Below, piece after piece: positions 45,183 to 53,900 of a stretch of 64,000 nt of DNA (position 1 is its first letter; the number at the start of each line of letters is the position of its first letter). The notes under the pieces were generated by a model that was not told the DNA's origin, searched no databases, and saw only the letters and a program-made list of their open reading frames with translations. The position numbers and the translations under genes were made by a program. Source of the DNA: an uncultured Holosporaceae bacterium (GTDB taxonomy: Bacteria > Pseudomonadota > Alphaproteobacteria > UBA3830 > CASESI01); the NCBI GenBank assembly GCA_949290705.1, contig CASESI010000013.1, positions 76,755 through 140,754 on the forward strand, written 5' to 3'.

Positions 45183-47621
45183 CTAAAACAACTTTAATAA
45201 GTTTTGTTTAGACCTCATTTCACGAGACAAAACCTCAATTGACGATTGCTCCATCATTTCACTTTGAGAAAGTTCAACCATTTCTTCTGGAATATCAAGG
45301 TCGAATATAGCACTTACAGCTGCCTGCGAGTTAGTGATTGATGTCTGAATATTAGAGTCAGCAACATTAAGTCTGTTATCTCCAACAGCAACTTTCGAAC
45401 GCACTGATTGTACTGTATCAATAGCTGTTCTTATTGTCTCTATTATCTTTTGCAATGATTCTTGATCATCACTGAGTTCTACTTTTAAATTTGTTTTATT
45501 ATCTACCAATTGTAATCTAAATGCGGTAATAGAATCTATTGTAACTTTAACAGAGTTCTCATCTCCACCTCCTGTTCCAACTTGGAAAGATAAGTCCGTC
45601 TTATCACTTGATTCTTGATACGCAACAACGGTATTCTTAAGCTCATTCAATGATACAAATACATTATTGTTAAAATATCCTGAATCTACAAATGGATTTG
45701 TACCAGCCGCGTCAGCAGCCATCTGCCCTACATTTGCCATAGCCAGGTTTTTTGGAGCATCTGCATCTGTCAATTTGGCAGCTTCTATTATTCCGCCAGT
45801 TTTCATTTTATTCAAATCAATTGTGATAGCATCAACTCTTTGGCCGTTTGTCATTGTCCTCGATAACGTTACACGTCCTCTTTCAAGTCGATTTTTCGCT
45901 ACATAAGAACTAGTATTCTCGTTGTAATCTATATCTGTAAGATTAAAATAATCCGATTCTAAAACTCCATCTGCAGCCTCCATATATAATTTAGCCATAC
46001 CATTTGTTCCTTTTATCTTTACATCAAAAGAAGTCAAATCTGTTAAATTACCAGAAATTCTAGCAACATCAACATTATTAGTTTTTTTATTATTTAATTT
46101 CAATTGAACTGTAGAATTAGGATCACCGTCTATTGTTGTAATTTTTTTGCCTGACTTGTCATAGACATACCCATCGTCACCTATAATATCTGTGCTTTTT
46201 AATTTGTACGATCCACCTTTTAGCACAACTGCATTTCCGTCAACATCTTTTTCAATTGATTGTTTATCATAATCGATTCCAAATGTTCCATTTTCATACG
46301 TAGCCGCATCCAGTTTAAATGTACCTGTTATTGTAACCTCAACACCGTTTGCATCACCATTTCCATTAAGACTAGATGCAGCTTCAAATGTCACTATTCC
46401 ATCTTTTGAATAATCTGTAATTTTAAATAATTTCAAATCATTCAATTGTGTTACTGTATCAGCACCAGCAATACTAGCTTTAACTTTTATTTCAGTAATA
46501 GTAACTCCTTGCCCACCTAACTCATTATTAAATGCCTCCAACTCAGTTGTTGAAAAAATATCACCGTTTGCTTTGCCCGCTATTCCTATAGATTTACCAG
46601 GAACTCCTAATCCAAGTGCTAATTTAATATCATTTAAAGCTGTCCTACCATCTGCTGTATTATTATCTATTGAGTCTGTTGTGTTCGTAGGAAGAATAAT
46701 CTCAGTTCCTCTTGCATCACCATCAACTTTAACTTTTCCAGCCGTAAGTTTTGGTTTAAACAACTCTTCTCCAATTACAGAAGCATTATCAATCAACTTA
46801 TCACTAATAGAATTTATAAGTTCAATATTTTTCTTGTTATTTTGATTGTATTGTGGATCCATCATTAATGCCGTATCTGTTCCAATTGACATCCCCTTAT
46901 CAAAATTATTATTTAATTTTACAGTAATACCAAATTTACTGAAATTTAAACTTTCCAAATCTCCAGATTTAATGTCATCTGATGCAACTTTCATTTCATC
47001 AAAACTCGACCTGTCATTAAGGTTTGTTATTCTGAACAATCTTGTTTCTTGATTATAACTTAAAGTATACGCCGTATTGGACTTTGAATTATCAATTGCG
47101 ATTGCCTCAATACCTTGTCCATCTTTTGATAAAAATCCATCCCTTAAATCATCCCCATTAATAGTTTCTGAAAATGTATCTGTAATAACTTTTTGTGTAC
47201 CTGATAATAACTGTTTTGAGTTAAAGTTTGTAGCTTTTGCTATACGATCAATTTCATCTATTAAAGCTACGAACTCTTGGTTAATTTTTGCAATATCTTC
47301 AGCTTTGTAAATTCCATTTTTTGCAGACATTGCAAGTGTATTCATACGGGTTAATGTTTTCGTAATTTCCCCCAAACCACCCTCGGCAATATCCAATGCC
47401 GCCTTTGCCTGAGCAGTTCCAACTAATAATTGTTTTAAAGAATCAACTTCAACTTTTAATTTCGTACCAATAGCAGAATCAGCAACAGCATCTGAAGCTT
47501 TCCTAATTTTTAATGATGATGATATTTTAGAAATCGAAGTCGTTCTCGTAGTTTCCGACTTTTGAATCTGGGTCAACGTATTTAACGCACCAGTTCCTTT
47601 TGAAAATGATATAATAGCCAT
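45183..47621 (-). CDS. Giant flagellin (812 aa)
   Basis: The N-domain is MAIISFSKGTGALNT...ISKISSSLKIRKASDAVADSAIGTKLKVEVDSLKQ...IAEGGLGEITKTLTRMNTLAMSAKNGIYKAEDIAKINQEFVALIDEIDRIAKATNFNSKQLLSG. The C-terminus is AIFDLDIPEEMVELSQSEMMEQSSIEVLSREMRSKQNLLKLF. GGAGG RBS. Confidence 0.85.
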   Translation of the reverse strand: MAIISFSKGTGALNTLTQIQKSETTRTTSISKISSSLKIRKASDAVADSAIGTKLKVEVDSLKQLLVGTAQAKAALDIAEGGLGEITKTLTRMNTLAMSAKNGIYKAEDIAKINQEFVALIDEIDRIAKATNFNSKQLLSGTQKVITDTFSETINGDDLRDGFLSKDGQGIEAIAIDNSKSNTAYTLSYNQETRLFRITNLNDRSSFDEMKVASDDIKSGDLESLNFSKFGITVKLNNNFDKGMSIGTDTALMMDPQYNQNNKKNIELINSISDKLIDNASVIGEELFKPKLTAGKVKVDGDARGTEIILPTNTTDSIDNNTADGRTALNDIKLALGLGVPGKSIGIAGKANGDIFSTTELEAFNNELGGQGVTITEIKVKASIAGADTVTQLNDLKLFKITDYSKDGIVTFEAASSLNGNGDANGVEVTITGTFKLDAATYENGTFGIDYDKQSIEKDVDGNAVVLKGGSYKLKSTDIIGDDGYVYDKSGKKITTIDGDPNSTVQLKLNNKKTNNVDVARISGNLTDLTSFDVKIKGTNGMAKLYMEAADGVLESDYFNLTDIDYNENTSSYVAKNRLERGRVTLSRTMTNGQRVDAITIDLNKMKTGGIIEAAKLTDADAPKNLAMANVGQMAADAAGTNPFVDSGYFNNNVFVSLNELKNTVVAYQESSDKTDLSFQVGTGGGDENSVKVTIDSITAFRLQLVDNKTNLKVELSDDQESLQKIIETIRTAIDTVQSVRSKVAVGDNRLNVADSNIQTSITNSQAAVSAIFDLDIPEEMVELSQSEMMEQSSIEVLSREMRSKQNLLKLF

Positions 47622-47808
47622 AATTTTCCTCCATGTAAATTAAATAACAGCAAAATAACCGCTAATAAAAATTCGGAAAAACTATGAAACAACAAGAATA
47701 ACATGTGAAGATTTTTACAAATCTCCAAACTCTAGATATCATAATAGCAAATAAAGGTAAAAAATGAATTAATTAAAATAAATATTTTTAGATAAATTTG
47801 GATATTTT

Positions 47809-48615
47809 TTATATTCCTAAAGATTTTATTCTGTATTCTAATAATTTTTGTTCCTTTTCATTTTGTGCTTTTAATTCCTCTCTGCACTTTTCTATATGCT
47901 CATTCCATAATTTCTGCGCTGTTTCTTGATCAGAAGCAATTATATTATTTATCAAAGCTCGTGAACTTATTTCAAAATGCATAAAATCCATAGGCTGCCT
48001 CCAATAACCTCCCCACCTGTTGAATCCATATTTTTTAAAGATTTTTGCATGAAATTCGTTTGTCATTCCTGGTCTATGCACTAATCGGTTGACAAAAGCA
48101 TCATCACTTTCTTTTTCCTGCATAATATATTTTTGCACAAATAATTCCATTTTATCACTTGGAATCGTAGTGGTACATTCCAATAAATCTTCTGCAATGT
48201 CATCAATTGCCATTCCCCTCATATCGGGAGTCATTTTGTTATTAATGATATCGGCATGAGGATTCATATAATAATTAACATCAATCGCTGCACCATATGC
48301 ATGTTTAGAAAGAGTGTTTGTTCCTGCTATATTCCTACCGTTGTAACAACTTGTACAATATATCGGAAGCTCATCCACTCCCTCTAGCAATGATAATTCT
48401 TCAAAAATACTTTTGACACTATCAACAGATGTGTCCAACACACGTATTTTTAAAGTTGAAAATTTTGCTTCTTGTATACCTTCAAAATTACGTACAGGAA
48501 TTTCAACATCAACTATTTTATGCTCGCCTAAACTTGTTACATAAGCCTTGTTATCACATCTAAAGCTGCATACCACAAGCATTAAATGTAAAAAAATTAT
48601 ATTAAAAAATTTCAT
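47809..48615 (-). CDS. M15-family (VanY/LAS-type) peptidoglycan metallopeptidase with signal peptide
   Basis: LSKHAYGAAIDVN (SxHxxGxAxD) and ...PMDFMHFEIS (DxMHFE) are typical of zinc D-Ala-D-Ala carboxypeptidase-like M15 enzymes. Start taken at MKFFNIIFLHLMLVVC (ATG 48613-48615). Confidence 0.7.
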   Translation of the reverse strand: MKFFNIIFLHLMLVVCSFRCDNKAYVTSLGEHKIVDVEIPVRNFEGIQEAKFSTLKIRVLDTSVDSVKSIFEELSLLEGVDELPIYCTSCYNGRNIAGTNTLSKHAYGAAIDVNYYMNPHADIINNKMTPDMRGMAIDDIAEDLLECTTTIPSDKMELFVQKYIMQEKESDDAFVNRLVHRPGMTNEFHAKIFKKYGFNRWGGYWRQPMDFMHFEISSRALINNIIASDQETAQKLWNEHIEKCREELKAQNEKEQKLLEYRIKSLGI

Positions 48616-48680
48616 ATATCGTTTCTCATTACATATAATACTATACATAACAACCAGAAAAATATCAATACAAAACACAA

Positions 48681-48757
48681 TGGTGGGAATAGTAGGATTC
48701 GAACCTGCGACCTCTACGATGTCAACGTAGCGCTCTAACCAACTGAGCTATATTCCC
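48681..48757 (-). tRNA. tRNA-Val (anticodon GAC)
   Basis: Reverse complement: GGGAATATAGCTCAGTTGGTTAGAGCGCTACGTTGACATCGTAGAGGTCGCAGGTTCGAATCCTACTATTCCCACCA. Anticodon loop TTGACAT, encoded CCA. Confidence 0.9.
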
Positions 48758-48868
48758 GATAAGAACTCAGTAAATATAGCATAAAATAATTCTGTTTCAA
48801 AGGAAAAAATAATAATTTATTAACCAATAGGTTATAAATTATTACCTCAAGTATACTTTGTAATAATA

Positions 48869-50191
48869 ATGTCATTAGAAAACCTATTGAAGAAAATTCC
48901 ATACAGCGTACAATGGCACGATGGAATGCTTTTATCAAGCCAACATTTCCAAACTTTTGACCATTACCATAATTCTTTATGCACGCTAATTGGCAGGTGT
49001 GCTAATTCTTTCGATTACGGAATATTAAGATTAAAAATAGATGAATCAGCTTTGGTATCAGGAACAATTATAATTAATGAAATCCTAGGAATTCTTGATG
49101 ACGGTACAATTTTAAATTACAATTCTGAATATGAAAATTACAAACTTGAATATAATATTTCGGAACACATAAAAAATATTAACAAAACTAAAATATATTT
49201 ATGTGTGTTAAAACATACACATGGAAATAATAACTTTGAACAAAATCTTCCAAGATATTTCTCGATATTGAATGAGGATATCAAAGATGAAAATACAGGA
49301 GAAAATCCAATTAATATTCCTTCCAAAAAACCAAAATTTCTATTAATGTCAGAAAGTGAACTATCTGATAAATTCTCATACCTTCCATTGATAGAAATCA
49401 CTAAAAAAGATAACGTTTTATCTAAAACTGACTTTATCTCTCCTTATATTAAATTAACTAACGAGTGTCCTTTATATGAACTTTTATCTAATATTGTGAA
49501 ATCATCTAAACAAAAAATAGGGTATATTTTAAGTAAAAAAAACCTAGCCAAAGATAATTATATAATAGACTCCGCATTAAGGATATTAGTTGCTTATTCT
49601 ATAACGATAGAATCGTTGTTAAATACTCAATTCATATCGCCATTTGAAATTTACAAAGTAACTCTTGAATTTGCAGCACAGCTATTAGGATTTTCAGTAT
49701 CAAACATCGTTCCTATATTACCAAGTTATAATCATCTAGATAGTATGAATTGCTTTAAAAAATTAGAAGAACACATAGATAAATCCTTGAACCAAATTAT
49801 TGAATTTTCTTCAGCAATACCATTCATATTAGAAGAAAATATATTTAAATTAAAGCTTATAAAAGACTGGGATTCAAAGAAAGAACTTATTATAGGAATA
49901 AAAAGATCTGATAAATCCACTCAAGATGAATTTATTACATGGGTAAATGGTGCTCAGATAGTTTCAGAATCAATGATAGACGATATCAAACAAAAACGTG
50001 TACTTGGTGCAAATAGGAATGCGGTCAGTTCGTATGATTTAGGATTTGAGAATATTCAAGAGAATCTCATTGTATTAAAAATAACAACTGACTCGCATTA
50101 TATAAAGTTTGGAGAAAATCTATGCATATTTAATAGCTCTTTTACAATTTTACCAGATGAAATAGTGTTTTTCCAAAAAGAAAGTACATGA
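48869..50191 (+). CDS. tssK: T6SS baseplate protein TssK (ImpJ/VasE)
   Basis: The N-terminus IPYSVQWHDGMLLSSQHFQTFDHYH matches the TssK signature (V.W.EGM.L.PQHFQQ.DRY). 440 aa. Followed by tssL-tssM. Confidence 0.85.
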   Translation: MSLENLLKKIPYSVQWHDGMLLSSQHFQTFDHYHNSLCTLIGRCANSFDYGILRLKIDESALVSGTIIINEILGILDDGTILNYNSEYENYKLEYNISEHIKNINKTKIYLCVLKHTHGNNNFEQNLPRYFSILNEDIKDENTGENPINIPSKKPKFLLMSESELSDKFSYLPLIEITKKDNVLSKTDFISPYIKLTNECPLYELLSNIVKSSKQKIGYILSKKNLAKDNYIIDSALRILVAYSITIESLLNTQFISPFEIYKVTLEFAAQLLGFSVSNIVPILPSYNHLDSMNCFKKLEEHIDKSLNQIIEFSSAIPFILEENIFKLKLIKDWDSKKELIIGIKRSDKSTQDEFITWVNGAQIVSESMIDDIKQKRVLGANRNAVSSYDLGFENIQENLIVLKITTDSHYIKFGENLCIFNSSFTILPDEIVFFQKEST

Positions 50192-50199
50192 GGTGTTAA

Positions 50200-50937
50200 A
50201 TGGAATTTTTAAATTACTCGACTTCTGATATTTTTGATAACTTTATAGAGATTTTAAGTGAACAAAAATCCATAGCTATAAAATCTAATGATAATAATGC
50301 TGAAATAATTGCATCACAAATAATAAAAAAATTATCTGATTTCATCAGCTCAATTAATTACTCCCTTAATCAAGACAATTTAAACTTAAACAATAACTCA
50401 CTATATGATTTGGAATATGCCCTTGTTGCATTATCTGACGAAGTATTTTTAAACCTCCAATGGAAGGGTAATGAATTCTGGAAAGCCAACTTACTTGAAA
50501 CTAAATTTTCAAAAACTCAATCAGCAGGCGACACTATTTTTGATAAGATCGATACGATACTAAATCGTAAAAATTTCTTATCCGTAGAAAATGCAATTAT
50601 TTATCTAAAATTATTAGCATTGGGATTTCAAGGAAAATATAGAAACACAAATTCATATCAAAAAATTAATGACTATAAACATAAATTATATCTTTTTATT
50701 ACCTCTAATACATCTGGAATAAATCCAGGCGATATGATATTCCCGGATGGGTACAAATATACACTAACTGGACTACCCAAGATTTTTACTCCTAATGAAT
50801 ACTCAATAGATCACATCTTCTATACAATAATTGTATTATTCGTAATTGGAACAGGAATTTTTTGGGAATATGAACATATAAAATTACAAGAAGTAATAAA
50901 CCTCTTAGATTCGACAAATGGTGATAAAAATGAGTAG
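50200..50937 (+). CDS. tssL: T6SS membrane complex protein TssL (DotU/ImpK family)
   Basis: DotU-like core: YALVALSDEVFLNLQWKGNEFWKANLLETKF...IIYLKLLALGFQGKYRN. Single C-terminal TM (IFYTIIVLFVIGTGIFW). GAGG RBS. Confidence 0.8.
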   Translation: MEFLNYSTSDIFDNFIEILSEQKSIAIKSNDNNAEIIASQIIKKLSDFISSINYSLNQDNLNLNNNSLYDLEYALVALSDEVFLNLQWKGNEFWKANLLETKFSKTQSAGDTIFDKIDTILNRKNFLSVENAIIYLKLLALGFQGKYRNTNSYQKINDYKHKLYLFITSNTSGINPGDMIFPDGYKYTLTGLPKIFTPNEYSIDHIFYTIIVLFVIGTGIFWEYEHIKLQEVINLLDSTNGDKNE

Positions 50938-53900
50938 TTTATTTGAAAAGTTATTACTAATATTTACCATAATCTCTGTATTAATCCTATCTGTATTAAT
51001 AATTTCTCATTTATATAGAAAAAAAGATGACAACTCTTCCATTAATGAAAATATATCTTTCTTATCACCTTCCATATACGCATTTTTTGTTAGATTAGGG
51101 ATCATCAAAACATCCGCATTATCAAAAGCTTTTATCAATTCATTACACACATTAAAAAATACAATTCCATCCTCAGATTACAGATATGCCATTCCATGGT
51201 ATCTTGTCGTTGGATTATCTAATTCTGGAAAAACTACATTACTTGATAATCTTTCAGAATTTAAACTTCCAGGAAATGACTATAATAACCTACCAGAAAA
51301 CTCAACATGTAAATGGTTCATATATACAAATGCAATAGCAATTGAAGTATCAAGTTCTATTTTCGAAACATCTTTTTCAAACAAAAAAATTAATAACAAC
51401 TGGCAATTTTTGGCTAAACTATTATCCTATTACAGACCAAGACGACCACTTGACGGCATAATACTTACAATCCCAGCAGATACACTTTTAAAAGATGAAG
51501 ATTACCCAGGAGCGAACAAAGTTATTGCGCAAAATATATTCGAAAATTTGTGGTGGCTACAATCCAAAATTAATACCAGATTACCTGTATATACCATAAT
51601 AACAAAAACAGACTCCGTAAAAGGAATGAACGAACTATTGCAAAATCTATCATTAGAAGAGAAAAATCAAATTTTTGGTTGGTCAACACCTTATAGCCTT
51701 GATGAAGCATATTCCCATACATGGATTGATACTGCATTTAAATCAATTTTAACATCCATACAAAATCTTATATTAAAAATTGCAGCAAATAACACCTATA
51801 ACGATGCATTCGAGAGCACTTTATCATTTAAGAAAAATTTCGAAAAATTAAAAATCAAAATTCAACAATTCACTAATCCTATATTCAGTCCTCACGATCG
51901 CAATGAAGGTTTATTATTTCGTGGACTATTTTTTACAGCATCCGAATCTGTATCAGGGTTAAATTTTAATGTAGATGATAAATCTGTCAAACTGTCATTT
52001 AGCTCATCAGCATTAAGTTTCGTAAGAGATCTATTCACAAAAAAAATCTTCGTCGAATATAACATTGCTCAGCCAATTTTTAAAACAGAAATATTCAATA
52101 AAGGAAAAAGCTTAATTAAACATTCCATCATGTACATAATTATGGCTTTTCTTTTATTTGGATTTTATTTTCAATACTCAAAATTACAAGATAACTTTGC
52201 TCAACTTGGAGACGAAATAATTGATATAAACTCTTCTGTAAAAAAACTTAAAACAATTGATTCTTCACAAAAAACACTCCTAGATCAAGAATTGAAAAAT
52301 ATTTTAAATACTATTTCAGAATTGGACACTTCCGGAATAAAGTCAATATTCGTTCCTTTATCTTGGTTTGTAGATGTTACTGATGAAATAAAACAATCTA
52401 TCTCTAATTCGTTTGATAATGCAATCATAAATTCTATATACTTTGAACTTAACCTAAGGGCTAATTATATAAGGAGAAAATACGAACCAAAAAGTTATGA
52501 TCGTTTAAAAATCAATACAAATGTCTTAAACTCCAAAGCTTTCAAAGAATTAGAACTCTACATTCAAAAAGTTATTGCATTGCAAAATGTAGAAGAAAAG
52601 TACAATTCTTTACTTGAAAAAGACAGAAGTGAATATATAAATACAATTACGTCTTTTCTATTTTCAAAGGAATTCAATATAGAAAAATTCTTAAGAACAA
52701 GAAGAAAACAAAACCTTAAATTACCAAAATTTTCAATTGAACTTTATTCTGAAATCATCAGAGAAAACATAAAAGTACTATTTTCAAATTTCATTAAATA
52801 TTGTTTTTCTGATACGTATGAAAAGATATTCAATAATCTCGAAATAAATATAAAAAATTTATTATCTGAACTTCAAGATATCAACAACAATATATATGCT
52901 TCGGATATAAAAAATTTATTAAAAAAAGTAGAAACAATTATAAAATTTATATCATCTGAAAATAATTCTTGGCTTTCGAACAATAATTTTAATCCTGGAA
53001 ATAAATTTTTAGAATTAATGGATCAATTATCAACAATTAAAGCAATTGACTCAAAATTCATAAGTTCACTCCAAGGATTTGCAGACGAAAATTTAATATT
53101 ATTCAAAAACAAATTATTAAAATACCAAACATCATTAACTGGCACTTTTCTGAAAAACACAAAAAGCAAAGTTGAGATGTATCCATCTAATAATTTTATA
53201 GAATTTTATAAAAACCTTGAAACCTTATCAAAAGAAACATTTATGTTAAATATCCCAAACAGAGATATTATAAATGACATTCCTAACTCCAAACTTTTAA
53301 TTTGGAATGAAGATATCATAAACAATATAAGTGACTTAATAATAGAGTTTAATAATTTTAAAAACACTAAAATAAAGTCTATGAAAATAGAAAACGCTCA
53401 AGTGTATAAAGAAATTGCAAAAAGAGTATTGAGGAACAACATTATTAATATGATTGCAAAAGCTGAAAACTTCGACGATATGAATCTTTCATCAAATAAA
53501 GACATAAAACTCGGTTTAATAAAAAATAGTATTAGAAATCTTAGTGCCATCAAAACAAAATTACTGTCAATTATAGAATTCCTGGATTCTGAATTTTCTA
53601 CTCATAAAAACATGGTATTTAACTTACTAAAAAATTATTACGGAAGAATCCTAATTGAAACGGATACTCTCTTTGAAAAAAATCAACCTTATGATATAAA
53701 ATTCAACTCTATAAATACATGGGATGGAATTTCTAATGTAAGTATGCTAGTTTTTAATTCTATAAGTGAATCAGAAATAATAGATTACCTGAAAATACAA
53801 AACCACTCATTGAAAGTATTCACAAAAGACATAATTGAACCTATACTTGATTTGTTGGATTACAAAGCACTACGTTTACCAAATGAATATCAATTCACAG

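Noticed and set aside
42553-47310. Many 60-100-aa plus-strand ORFs inside the giant flagellin genes, with similar antisense ORFs inside the short flagellins, mutL, mfd, addB, tssM, phaC and phaA.
   Set aside because: - All lie fully within, and antisense to, long genes with clear homology.
- Their compositions are low-complexity mirror images.
- None has an RBS or a family resemblance.
47622-47808. Searched for sigma54 or sigma28 promoters upstream of the 812-aa flagellin. TAGCGGTTATTTTGCT and TCCGAATT looked superficially similar.
   Set aside because: - The GG-to-GC spacing is about 3 nt too short for a -24/-12 promoter.
- The CCGA-containing box has no TAAA element at the right distance.
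- No promoter is claimed.
47809-48615. M15 peptidase as a T6SS-delivered peptidoglycan effector, given its proximity to tssK.
   Set aside because: - It has a classical N-terminal signal peptide, so it is Sec-exported to its own periplasm.
- It has no adjacent immunity-like gene and no PAAR, VgrG or Hcp linkage.
48914-48929. A TGGCAC-N5-ATGC sequence resembling a sigma54 promoter.
   Set aside because: It lies about 45 nt inside the tssK coding sequence (it encodes QWHDGM of the conserved TssK N-terminus). The -12 element is ATGC rather than TTGC, and no gene lies downstream for it to serve.
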